DNA of 64,000 nucleotides from positions 62,001-126,000 of the forward strand of contig OZ316899.1 in the NCBI GenBank assembly GCA_973895155.1, given 5' to 3'. This document shows, piece after piece, positions 1 to 11,002 of this stretch. The stretch is from Marsupella aquatica (lineage: Eukaryota; Plantae; Marchantiophyta). The notes beneath the pieces were generated by a model. It did not search any database, was not told the origin of the DNA, and worked only from the letters and a program-made list of their open reading frames with translations. The position numbers and the translations under genes were made by a program. The first letter of the stretch is position 1; the number at the start of each line of letters is the position of its first letter.

Positions 1-1304
1 CAAAATGCTAAAATGCATTTGAGTCCAGATATCCGGTTACTATGGTGATAGGCACAAATGAAATCCACCACTTGGAGGAAGATCCACAAAGTCTATGCAC
101 GCAGGAACCCATGTACTGTCCCTACCCATCAACCTTGGTTCAACTAAAAACAATTGTAGGGGAACTAGATCTAGAGACACGTAGCTATGTTTTGCAATAA
201 ATCTAGTGTGATTCAATCCGTACAATTATGTTTAACTATTCAATCTGTACAATTATGTTTAACTACAGTATAATATTCACGCTTATTCTATGATCCAAGC
301 CGTCACCAAAGATTTGCTCTAGAGGGATAATAATGTGGATTCCTATGAATCACCTAACAAGAAGCGGGCACTAACTAAGTACAAGTGTCCCTAATTAAGG
401 CTTCCATGCTTGAATTGGTCTTAGCCAATAGGAAGCAAGACCAAATTAACAATACTTTTTGTGTCCTCATGAATACATATATTCGAAGCTCTTAATCTAC
501 CACCAATGCTCTCTCCCCTTGCACCAGCCTAGGTACTTACATTCTTGAGGAGACCCATCCAGTGTGTCTAGAATGTTATACACAAGCCCAGGGAGAAGGA
601 ATTTTTTGCCCATTCCCTTTCTTTCAGTACACCTCTGTATGACATAAATTCCCATTGCGACATTTTCCTTTCTAGCATAGAGTGGGAGCCACACAAGGAG
701 CCATGGCTCCACCCTTTCCCATTCTTTCAGTGTGCCTTTGGTGTAGAGCAGGAGCCAAATATTGGAATTGTGTAATCCTGCACACCTCTAAGCTTGAACT
801 CAGGCAGGCTAATTTCATAGTGTGTCGGATTGGGATATGACAAAAAGCTAAAATCTCAGCCCACAAGATGCAGGTAATTAAGATTCCTTAGTTAGAAAAC
901 CCCTCCCTAACCCTAGTACTTCCGGAATGACATACAAATGGGCATACAAAGGCCCAAAGGAAAATGAATTTTTTGCCTTTCCCAATCTTTCAGTTCTTTT
1001 AGTGCACCTTTAGCGTAGAGCAATCCAAAAGGATGAATAGGGCGTGTCAAAGTGTTACAGTCCAAATAAATAAATCAAAGTGTTATGGGATTCGTATTTT
1101 GGTAGCCCATAGTGATTTTGTCTTGACTGTAATAGTGTTTTATGACCTGAGCAATAATTGAGTTACATCTATGCAGCTTTAACACTCCTTTATGGAATCT
1201 TGGAATGAGGTGCTTGAACTTAGGTGGGCTAACTTCATGGTATGTACCTTTAGTATAAGGCAAACAAATAAAATTCCAGCAGACAGGATCATCCTAATTC
1301 ACCA

Positions 1305-2472
1305 TGTACAAATATTGAGGCGAGACCAAGGAAAGAACTGTACACTCCTTGGGACAAATCAATAGTAGATTTATGAAGGTGAGTACCTTAACATCAAAAT
1401 TCCCCCTTTCTTCCCACCTAGTACATGTTAAAATATTCATAAATCTAATGATAAAAATTACAACTTACAACTGCATTTTGGTACTCAGATCTGAAATGGT
1501 TCGTGTACTATTTGACCAGAATTATAATTTTTACTGAATTAGAATTAAAATCTTGAGAAAATTGTTTGCTACAGTGTGGGAAGATCTAAAAAAATTGACA
1601 CCATAAAATTGAAGTTTACACTTTATTGGATTCTTTATTATGAAATATTCTTGAACTTTTTGTTAGAAAAGTTCTTAAACTAAAGTCCTCAAGGTTTTGA
1701 AGGACAATGTTTTTGAATGGCTATCAAAGATGTCACCATTTGGATGTGGTTACAATTATCCCTATTTTCATTGCTCCCCGTGTGAATGAGGGTACTCTTA
1801 TCTCTTGAGGGTACCCTTGTGCTTGAGGGTACTCTTATCAGTGAGGGTACTCTTATCAGTGAGGGTACTCTTATCAATGGGTACGCTTATCAATAATGGT
1901 ACTTTGATCAATAAGGGTACCCTTATCAATGAGGATACTCTTATCTGCTGAGGGTACCCTTGCGTATGAGGGTACTCTTATCAATGAGGATACTCTTATA
2001 TCAGCAAGAGTACTCTTATCAATGAGGATACTCTTATATCAGCAAGAGTACTCTTATCAATTAATGGGTACACTTATCAACAATGGTACTTTGATAATGA
2101 GGGTACCCTTATCAGTGAGGGTATTCTTATCTCCTAAGGGTACCCTTGTGTTGGGCCTTGTGCATGAGGGTACTCTTATTAATGAGGGTAATTTTATTAG
2201 TCATAGCAAGCAACAAAGCAGGCAGGGAACCCCATGAAGGCGCCCCGCACCGGCAGAAGGACTCCGAACATACTGAAAAGACCCTAAACCTCACTAGACC
2301 AACATTTTGGGTATTGCATGGACAAATACTGGCCAAAGTACATGCCTAAATTTACCTGCTCTGTATTAGTTCCCTAAACCAGGGGTGATTTTTTTTATCA
2401 AATCCATACATTGTATCCTAGTTTTTTTCACACATGATGTAAACCTACATAATGTGAAAGTGGGAGAGAAGA
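1305..2472 (+). repeat. Repeat block A (direct copy of 9542-11002 and 30245-31650)
   Basis: Similarity starts at TGTACAAATATTGAGGCGAGACCAAGGAAA and ends at GTGAAAGTGGGAGAGAAGA in all three copies. This copy is more diverged and has a shorter minisatellite. Confidence 0.95.
1789..2195 (+). repeat. 18-bp-based minisatellite (GAGGGTACTCTTATCART)
   Basis: Units at 1825, 1843 and 1861 have an 18-bp period, followed by variant units forming a higher-order repeat of about 145 bp. Confidence 0.95.
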
Positions 2473-2651
2473 CTTATGATTTGATACAATCTTCATTTAA
2501 CTATAGTACAATATTCACTAATCATCAGTATATATGGTAAGCTCCAATTCCTCCATATAGTATGTAGACAAAAATTGAAGCAATCGATGAAATAATTAAC
2601 AATTTCATTACACTTGATATTAATTACTTACAGTGCTTCCTTACTACTTCC

Positions 2652-5600
2652 TCACCAGTACTCAGGATATTTTGTTTTCACAATAGCAGCAGCAAACAAA
2701 ACAAAGTTATTCACTACTTTCCCTGTACCTATCTGCATGAACCAAGTAGCAAGTTCTTCATCACTTTTCTCTCGAATTTCTGGAAATTCCTTGAACAATT
2801 CTGTTTGTATCCGAGAAACCCTCCAGCCTTGCCACACAAAATGTCGAAGACGCTCGCCTGTTCTATCATTGCACTGATCACCATATGGTCCTTTATGAAT
2901 ACACATTCTAGTGACAACTACAGTATGTTGAAAGTGACACTTAAAACAAGTCCATGCATTTTGAGGGAATGTGTTCTTGCAGGTCCGGGCCTGGTGAGAT
3001 CCTAGACATCTAAAACACAATGACCGCAATATAGGACAGTTGACAGCAATGTGTACTTCTTGCTCCCTTGATTCAGGACACTGACAAATTAAGCATTGAC
3101 TTCCATCACCCGCAAAAGTTCTGATGATACGAAGATCCCTTTTATCACTCTCAAAAGATCGGTTGTGTGCCATAGCCCTTAGCCTTGCAACCACAGGCTC
3201 TGCTTCATGTACCCCTTGTATAATTGGGGTCATCGGCAAGGTGTTTCCTTGTCGTCTTGGCATGGGAGTGGCTGGGGGTTGCGTAGGAGTTTCATATGTT
3301 GACTCATCCGAACCCCCTCTTCCTGGAATTCCCATTGAAGATGATGCTACCTCATGTGGTGGAATTGAGGCTGTTTTACAAGGAATGTCTTGTGTGAACA
3401 CCTCAAAGTCGACTATGTCCACACCTGGGCTGCACATCACAGATGCTTGGGAACACAAGTCACACAAACTAGAGAATGGAATAAGATGACATACTTGAGG
3501 TTTTCCATCGACCTGGTCATGGAGCCCAAACCGACGACATGATGTCTTGTTCTCTATCCATTTGTGTGAAGCTGCTGTGGTTGAATCAATGCGTTCGGCC
3601 ATCTTGCGATAAGCAAGGTTGGTCACCACATAACTCATCGCCGGGAGCCCATCACGTCCACCTCGTCCAGATTCTTGGTGGAAGTGTTCCAGAGACCTGA
3701 AACTACCACGATGAATGACAAGCTTAACCCATTTATAATTGTATCCACTACTAATCACTCCGGTGGCCACCATGATCTTACAAGCACCTGACGTCCAAGA
3801 ACTCAATGAAGCCCTCTTCACCGCTATGTCCAGATGCGCATGCACATACACACATGACATTTCTTTCCCTTGGAGGATTCTTGTAGTTGATTCCACCTCC
3901 TCGCGGGTTAGACAAAATACTAGGGCCCTCTCTTCTGGCAAAGAATATGCTCTCCAATCACGCAGAAGACTCACTATTTCTTGATCCATCATGTTATGGC
4001 CAACCTCAACAACGGCATACCTGATGTTGGGTCTCACAGTAGGACAACGAATCCACACCATCTCTGTAGCTAACATCCGCTCAATATCAACTTGATTCTT
4101 GGGTGCTAGGGATGCAGTTAACCCTATGATTTGGCAATTAATTTCCATGAGGCCAACCAACTTTTTCATTGACGGTCGAAAGTCAGATAACAGGAGGTGC
4201 ACCTCGTCGTAGACAATGGAATGCAAGGAACCACTGCATTTCAACTGCTTTGCCAAGATAATGAATAGTTTGGATTCTGCAGCAATCTCCACAGCCACAA
4301 AAATGATCGAAGGAGGTCTTGCCACTTCGACTGCACCATCCTTATACACAACACAACTAATATTTGCTTGTTTGCATTCCTCTACGTGGCCCTCTACTAG
4401 GATAGTGAGTGGAACGATCACAATCACCGTCCTATTATGTCCCATGGTGGAAGGTGCCATGAACACCAATGATTTTCCAGACCCAGTGGGTAGTATGGCA
4501 ACAAAGTCCACCACATTATCTATGGATAGAGCAACTGCTGTTGCTTGTTCCGACGATTTCCACTGTTGATGACCAAGCCTTCTTAAGGCTTGACAAGCTC
4601 CAGCAGTCCTATTGAGACAAACTTGTAGCAGGGGATCACTTTCTCCACTTGCCAATAATGTCTGATGGATGTTTGAGTGGAAAACTGTAAACCGCCTCCT
4701 TTTGGGAATTTGCCTCACCTCATATTCAACACCTCCAACAGGTCCCAAAAAGTCAAAAGGTGCAGTCGACATTACCTCGGGCCTCTGTGACCCACCGAGG
4801 CCAACCAACTTGTGCCACAATCGTGACACCAATACACACCCTCTTAAAATATGTCCATCCATGCCTCTAGGATCCTTTGTACTACGAGCATAGTGATGGC
4901 CGACCGTAGCTGTTTCATGACCACCTGCTACATCCACAAGGTCTTCTTGTAAATGGGCCTTACAAGCTCGTATATTCTCACTCCAATGTGCTGCCACATG
5001 CCGGTACTTTGCAATCCCAAATGGAATGCCACAGTGCTTTTGGAAAGCATCTAATACACTGGCAGAAAGGTCTGCTCCCGTCAGCCTCTTGTCCATGGCC
5101 ACAAACCAACAATCCAGGTACATTGCTGCAACTTCCGGACCCCACAAAATATTTGCCACGAAAGATTGTACTGGGCGAACTAGACATAACAATTTCACAA
5201 ATAGGTGGCTTTGATTGTCAGGAATGAACCGAGCAGTGAGGTTTATAGGTTTCCCAGCATTTGCACATTTGTGGTAGGATTGATAAACCATCAGCGTATC
5301 AGATAACCAAATGAATGCTCTATCCCCAGTGGCAGTGTTGCGAATCAATAGGCTCGAGTATTCTTCCCCTCTTGCAGGTAATCCAGAACAGAAATGCAGA
5401 AGTAGGTTCAATAGCCTCTGTAGCTTGGAACATGCAACCATCCACCTGTGGAGTGCAGGCATGTTCCAAATAACTCCATTTACATTGTCCACTCGTAGGA
5501 TGAAATGTGCCATCATCATAGTATTACTGAACATGTGGTTCAATAGATCCTTTCCATGTTGTTGGAACTCTGGATTTCGGGCGTCTATGAGAAAAGAATA

Positions 5601-7610
5601 ATGCACTTCGTCTGTCTGGACAGCATCATGAATGCAGCCCTTGGTACTCACCAAATTGAGTATCCATTCAGATTTGAGACCGAGAAGAACATCATGGTTG
5701 AGTGTTGTTGTCGCTTCTTCAACAATGGCACGGATCATATCCCTGAACGCATTCAATGTGATAATATCACCGTCAATTGAGCATGCTGTTTGTGTATCGT
5801 CCATGTGTATGAGATTTGGTCGAGCATGGGTGCCTCGATTAATTGTTTTTGCCAGTCGCATGTACTGCCGAACTTGAGTAATCGGCGTGTCCAATGCCAC
5901 ATCGCTCACGTATTTCTCCAGGATGTTTACTTCATTCCCAGGTAGGCCACGTGGGTTTGGATGCCAAAGAGCTTGTGAGAGTTCCATCAGGATTGTACAT
6001 CTTGCCCAGTAGTGAAGTATTGCCAATATTTTGGTGATTTTCCCAATTTTGCAAAATGCATACCCTGTGGATTGGGAACCCAGCCCGTCACTCTTTAGAG
6101 AGTGGAGGATAAAGAACCGAGTGAGCAAACAATCCGCCGGTGAACGAGCATACAACAGCTCCGGAATTTTTGGAGTCCAGAGAAGAAGTAGTACTCGATG
6201 GATATTTGTGAGATCAATATCACCTTCTTCTGCAGGCCGCGCCTCACTTGGTTGGCCTAATTGTGCCAATAATTGTTGTAGGGCACCTTTTAGATCCGGC
6301 CTATCTGTGTATATAACACAATGTTGAGGCCGAGAATCATAAGTACAAGAACGAACGAGGCAAAGAAGAAGGGAAACCATTCCAGCACAGTATTGTGGAA
6401 CAGTGTTTTTCTCTTGTAGTCCACCCAATCCCCTTGTGACATCGGCATTTGGAGTCGGCTTCATCACCATTCTTTGCACCCTATAATCTAAATTTCCACT
6501 AAGAATATTTCTTGTGCATGTCATGTACGCACGGACCACAGTGCCCAAGTACGATAGTGAAGACCCAGGGTCGGCGGGCCTTGGGGGTTCCATCTCAGAT
6601 TGCACTTCAACAAATGGCACACCTTCCGGCATGAACTGGGATGCAATCTCATGCCATCTTGATACCCTTAGCCACGGCGACAATTCCCTCACTGGAGGTG
6701 CAAGATCTGTCTTTAATGACTGTAGATGAGCTTGAAAAACTTTTGCGACTGCACCTCTCGTACTCTGAGCTACTGCATCGTCCGCAAGGTACACATTGCC
6801 ATGGTCCACTCCATAGAATTTGCGGCCGACTCCCTTGAAGAGGGCTTGCACTTGACATGGAGTAGCAATGTCCTTGAAACCAAGGTGGTTGTGTTTCATA
6901 CATCGGTGATTTGCCATCGTCCGCTGTGATCTACAAAAGAAGATACATCTCGAGCAAGAGAAGCCCCAATGAATGAGGACGCCCGGAACTGGAGACAACA
7001 ATTCTGCAGTTGGATTGATTGTGTATGGTAGTAGGGACGCATCATTTGTACGTGTGAACAACACACCCTGCAACAAACCCGACAATTGCTCTGGTGTTGG
7101 ATTCGTGATTGAATTTTGTGTTGCAACTCTCACCCTGTCCATGTTCCTTCGATGACTTCCAACATGACGGATAATGCTACTTCCTTCCGTGTGCTGAAGG
7201 GCTGTATGGCATTGCAAGCATACTAGAAGAACAAGGTTGTTGTGGTGAACAATGCAAAGCTTTGCATTTCTCAACATGTCTGGTGTTGCTAACAGGTCAT
7301 GATCTAGGATAGTGGTGGGGACTTGGTTGACAATTGGATCGTCTACATCCATGAACGGGTCAACTCCTACTGCTTCATTGTGTTTCCTTTTGTAGTGAAG
7401 ACGTAAACTATCACTACGGGGATAGGACGAGGAACATGTGGCCACAGGGCAATGGAATCGACCATCCTCTTCTTTCTCAATGATCTGGGTTGTGCCATTG
7501 TTGAGCTGCAATTGGTAAGTAGAACGGTGAACTGAGCGGGAATGGGAACTGCGAGAGTTTGCTGACTGAAATTCTTCCCCACACTGACTACATCCAAATA
7601 CTGTCACCAT
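2652..7610 (-). CDS. Tyrosine-recombinase-like / RecQ helicase fusion protein with C2H2 fingers and DUF3505-like domain (fungal telomere-linked-helicase-like architecture)
   Basis: Uninterrupted 1652-aa ORF. It has two C2H2 fingers (CSQC..HSRSVH; CPVATC..HYKRKH) and a Cys/His region (LVCLQCHTAL..HVGSH; PVPGV..GFSCSRC..MANH..CQVQALF) resembling DUF3505/OrsD. YR-like residues are PARG (R at ~5370-5372), YHK (~5268-5276), KYRH (~4998-5009), GH (~4917-4922) and HYA (Y at ~4890-4892). RecQ motifs are LPTGSGKS (~4470-4493), DEVH (~4198-4209), LTAS, HQESGRGGRDG (~3648-3680) and the RQC-like CRR..C..CDLC. The C-terminus is Cys-rich. Confidence 0.85.
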   Translation of the reverse strand: MVTVFGCSQCGEEFQSANSRSSHSRSVHRSTYQLQLNNGTTQIIEKEEDGRFHCPVATCSSSYPRSDSLRLHYKRKHNEAVGVDPFMDVDDPIVNQVPTTILDHDLLATPDMLRNAKLCIVHHNNLVLLVCLQCHTALQHTEGSSIIRHVGSHRRNMDRVRVATQNSITNPTPEQLSGLLQGVLFTRTNDASLLPYTINPTAELLSPVPGVLIHWGFSCSRCIFFCRSQRTMANHRCMKHNHLGFKDIATPCQVQALFKGVGRKFYGVDHGNVYLADDAVAQSTRGAVAKVFQAHLQSLKTDLAPPVRELSPWLRVSRWHEIASQFMPEGVPFVEVQSEMEPPRPADPGSSLSYLGTVVRAYMTCTRNILSGNLDYRVQRMVMKPTPNADVTRGLGGLQEKNTVPQYCAGMVSLLLCLVRSCTYDSRPQHCVIYTDRPDLKGALQQLLAQLGQPSEARPAEEGDIDLTNIHRVLLLLWTPKIPELLYARSPADCLLTRFFILHSLKSDGLGSQSTGYAFCKIGKITKILAILHYWARCTILMELSQALWHPNPRGLPGNEVNILEKYVSDVALDTPITQVRQYMRLAKTINRGTHARPNLIHMDDTQTACSIDGDIITLNAFRDMIRAIVEEATTTLNHDVLLGLKSEWILNLVSTKGCIHDAVQTDEVHYSFLIDARNPEFQQHGKDLLNHMFSNTMMMAHFILRVDNVNGVIWNMPALHRWMVACSKLQRLLNLLLHFCSGLPARGEEYSSLLIRNTATGDRAFIWLSDTLMVYQSYHKCANAGKPINLTARFIPDNQSHLFVKLLCLVRPVQSFVANILWGPEVAAMYLDCWFVAMDKRLTGADLSASVLDAFQKHCGIPFGIAKYRHVAAHWSENIRACKAHLQEDLVDVAGGHETATVGHHYARSTKDPRGMDGHILRGCVLVSRLWHKLVGLGGSQRPEVMSTAPFDFLGPVGGVEYEVRQIPKRRRFTVFHSNIHQTLLASGESDPLLQVCLNRTAGACQALRRLGHQQWKSSEQATAVALSIDNVVDFVAILPTGSGKSLVFMAPSTMGHNRTVIVIVPLTILVEGHVEECKQANISCVVYKDGAVEVARPPSIIFVAVEIAAESKLFIILAKQLKCSGSLHSIVYDEVHLLLSDFRPSMKKLVGLMEINCQIIGLTASLAPKNQVDIERMLATEMVWIRCPTVRPNIRYAVVEVGHNMMDQEIVSLLRDWRAYSLPEERALVFCLTREEVESTTRILQGKEMSCVYVHAHLDIAVKRASLSSWTSGACKIMVATGVISSGYNYKWVKLVIHRGSFRSLEHFHQESGRGGRDGLPAMSYVVTNLAYRKMAERIDSTTAASHKWIENKTSCRRFGLHDQVDGKPQVCHLIPFSSLCDLCSQASVMCSPGVDIVDFEVFTQDIPCKTASIPPHEVASSSMGIPGRGGSDESTYETPTQPPATPMPRRQGNTLPMTPIIQGVHEAEPVVARLRAMAHNRSFESDKRDLRIIRTFAGDGSQCLICQCPESREQEVHIAVNCPILRSLCFRCLGSHQARTCKNTFPQNAWTCFKCHFQHTVVVTRMCIHKGPYGDQCNDRTGERLRHFVWQGWRVSRIQTELFKEFPEIREKSDEELATWFMQIGTGKVVNNFVLFAAAIVKTKYPEYW

Positions 7611-8584
7611 CCTGCATGAAAAACAACAAAATTAGCTGATGCCATATTTTGCTCTGAAATTATATAGAGCTCTTCACATCAGATTTTCCCGTGGAGCTCC
7701 ACAATGGACTCTGAAGCCAATCTCAATTGGCCAACTATCCTAGTATTTTTCATTTTCCATTACCTATGTCCCAAGCTTGATCTGCACCATGAATGTGCAA
7801 TCTAACCCAAAGCTTCACTGACATAGAAGTTGGTTGAGCATGTTCACACATTCAACGTACTTTGTGAGCACAGACACAAATTAAACGAATTCAATCCGAC
7901 TCTTCTCCAAAACCTGGTCAGTTGGATCATATTTTCACTATCTTGGGAAGTGAACTTGTACCATGCACTCTCTCGATGCCCTTGGGGCTAATAATTACTC
8001 CAATGCCTCTAAAGCCACCAAACTAATTAATAAAGCCCAAGAACTTATGCCATGGTAATTAGTGACACTATACGGTGTATATTGTCATTCCATACGATAA
8101 TAAATCACATACTATTATTCATTGTACAGTCTATGTTCTTATATTTTGATGTGCTATTACTAGGACACTGAGAACTTATACATACCACGTACATACCCTA
8201 AAAAATTAAACTTAGAATGATAGAGCCTTGTGTATACATACTGCATCTAATGCCTAGTTGCAATGAAATAAATAATTCTACTTCAGGATATATTATTTAT
8301 GTGTGTAGGACCCCCTAAATGTTTTCACTGGTAGTAAAGTAATCATTAAACTGTTAAACCCTTTCAAGGTATTATAAACACTTAATGAACACTCAACTAT
8401 TATTTGATTCCTAACCAGAACAATCTTTATGGTACAACCTCTCGCCAAGTTATTGAGTATCCACCAGGCTACAAGTAGTCAATTCAGATCGGCGGCAGAA
8501 GAATAATCATTTTGCCTTGAGTAACTCTGAAGTGTGATTCATTTATGCCTGGTTTGGCCTTGATTTGTCATCCGTCACATCTGG

Positions 8585-8665
8585 TCATCCCGCCCCTATC
8601 CTGACACCGTCCCAACCTCATCCCAACCCTATCCCAACCCCACCCGGTCCCAACCACACCCCGTA
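8585..8665. repeat. C-rich low-complexity tract (TCCCAACC-like units)
   Basis: catcccgcccctatcc..tcccaacctcatcccaaccctatcccaaccccacccggtcccaacc; repeated in copy 2 at ~29291-29370. Confidence 0.8.
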
Positions 8666-9541
8666 GGGCAACATGTAAACTTGCCCGTTAACTCAAACCG
8701 GGCATTTATCCCACACAAAGATCATCCAACCCCAGGGGCAAGTGAATAATCATTATGCATGGAGTAACTGTGGAGTGTGACTCATTTCTGCCAAGGGAAG
8801 ATCATCCAAACCCAAGGGAACACAGTACATTGAAAATGGTCAGAACATTGAACTACACAAACAAGGAGGGAGCTCGACCTGTACTTGCTCTAGGTTGGTC
8901 TCCTAGTGGTGTTGGCTATGCTGATGAGGAAGAAGCCTGAAGCACTTGTTGCTGCAAGCTGCCTCTCTCCGGCCACAATTCCAGGATCCTGAAAATTAAG
9001 CTTCACACCCTGACTTGGGCGTATGCCCAGGTTGACATTTTCCCTCCCTATCATTCTTATTGTTCGGAGAACATGATTGACAGTGAGTTTTGAAGTAAAT
9101 TCTGGTGTATTATCCTTTTCCTTTTAATTAGTAGATATTTAAAAAGCAGAAGGGTTTGCAGAATTTATCACAAAGGACATGGTTACATTTCATTATATTG
9201 AGTTTATGATGGTTTTATTACATTTTGCTTTGAACTTTTTATTGAATACTCCACGTTTCTCAGATTGCACAAGGGGATCTGGTTGACATTGGGATGACTT
9301 TGTGAGTGCAAAATCTACTTCCTTTAGTAGTTGGGAAGCTATCCGCCCTCTTTCACAAGATATTGCCTTACAGTTCATTCAAAAGTAAGTTGGCTTCAAG
9401 CACTATTGTTGCCAATGATATGAAGCTCTATATGCACTTGGAGAAATGAGTTTCAGTTTCAGGTTTCTTGTCATTGTTTTTGGTCATCCTCAAGACACTA
9501 AATCCTTTTAGTGTTCTGTGCAGTGTCATTCATGCCAACAT

Positions 9542-11002
9542 TGTACAAATATTGAGGCGAGACCAAGGAAAAAACTGTACACTCCTTGGGACAAATCAAT
9601 AGTAGATTTATGAAGGTGAGTACCTTAACATCAAAATTCCCCCTTTCTTCCCACCTACATGTTGAATTATTCATAAATCTAATGATAAAAATTACAACTT
9701 ACGGCATTTCGGTACTCAGATCTAAAATGGTTCGTGTACTATTTGACCGGAATTGTAATTTTTACTGAATTGGAATTAAAAGAAAAAAAATTCAGTGGAT
9801 TTGTTTGCTACATTGTGGGAAGATCTAAAAAAATTGACATCATAAAATTGAAGTTTACACTTTATTGGATTCTTTGTTATGAAAACATTCAAGTTGAACT
9901 TTTAGTTAGAAAAGTTCTTAAACTAAAGTCCTCAAGGTTTTGAAGGACAGTGTTTTCGAATGGCTATCAAAGATGTCACCTTTTGGACGTGGTTACAATT
10001 ATCCCTATTTTCATTGCTCCCCGTGTGAATGGGGGTACTCTTATCTCCTGAGGCTACCCTTGTGCTTGAGGGTACTCTTATCAGTGAGGATACTCTTATC
10101 AGCGAGGGTACTCTTATCAATGGGTACGCTTATCAATAATGGTACTTTGATCAACGAGGGTACCCTTATCAATGAGGATACTCTTATTTCCTGAGGGTGC
10201 CCTTGCGTATGAGGGTACTCTTATCAATGAGGGTACTCTTATATCAGCAAGAGTACTCTTATATCAGCAAGAGTACTCTTATCAATGGGTACGCTTATCA
10301 ATAATGGTACTTTGATCAACGAGGGTACCCTTATCAAGGAGGATACTCTTATTTCCTGAGGGTACCCTTGCGTATGAGGGTACTCTTATCAATGAGGGTA
10401 CTCTTATCAATGAGGGTACTCTTATATCAGCAAGAGTACTCTTATCAATGGGTACGCTTATCAATAATGGTACTTTGATCAACGAGGGTACCCTTATCAA
10501 GGAGGATACTCTTATTTCCTGAGGGTACCCTTGCGTATGAGGGTACTCTTATCAATGAGGGTACTCTTATATCAACAAGAGTACTCTTATCAATGGGTAC
10601 GCTTATCAACAATGGTACTTTGATAATGAGGGTACCCTTATTAGTGAGGGTATTCTTATCTCGTAAGGGTACCCTTGTGTTGGGCCTTGTGCACGAGGGT
10701 ACTCTTATTAATGAGGGTACTTTTATTACTCATAGCAAGCAACAAAGCGGGCAGGGAACCCCATGAAGGCGCCCCGCGCCGGCAGAAGGACTCCGAACGT
10801 ACTGAAAAGACCCTAAACCTCACGAGACCAACATTTTGGGTATTGCATGGACAAATACTGGCCAAAGTACATGCCTAAATTTACCTGCTCTGTTTTAGTT
10901 CCCTAAACCAGGGGTGATTTTTTTTTATCAAATCCATACGTTGTATCCTAGTTTTTTTCACACATGATGTAAACCTACATCATGTGAAAGTGGGAGAGAA
11001 GA
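9542..11002 (+). repeat. Repeat block A' with expanded 18-bp-based minisatellite (10031-10725)
   Basis: Direct homologue of 1305-2472 with a longer GGGTAC-rich array. Confidence 0.95.

Noticed and set aside
1-1300. Short ORFs and weak internal repeats (CTTTCAGT..CCTTT..GTAGAGCA)
   Set aside because: Probably decayed repeat sequence; nothing could be assigned with support.
1689-2349. Short ORFs over the 18-bp minisatellite (also 9932-10878 and 30635-31527)
   Set aside because: Low-complexity translations of a non-coding repeat; frames differ between copies.
2614-7597. Overlapping alternative-frame and antisense ORFs within the 1652-aa gene
   Set aside because: Shadow ORFs with no recognisable motifs; the long frame explains the sequence.
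2652-7610. Annotation as an ordinary host RecQ (RECQ/SGS1 orthologue)
   Set aside because: No introns in the coding region, no HRDC-like region recognised, and a large N-terminal recombinase-like region not found in canonical RecQ proteins.
1305-11002. Block A/A' as LTRs of a retrotransposon
   Set aside because: Starts with TG but has no CA end, PBS, PPT or TSD, and there is no RT, RNase H or DDE integrase between the copies.
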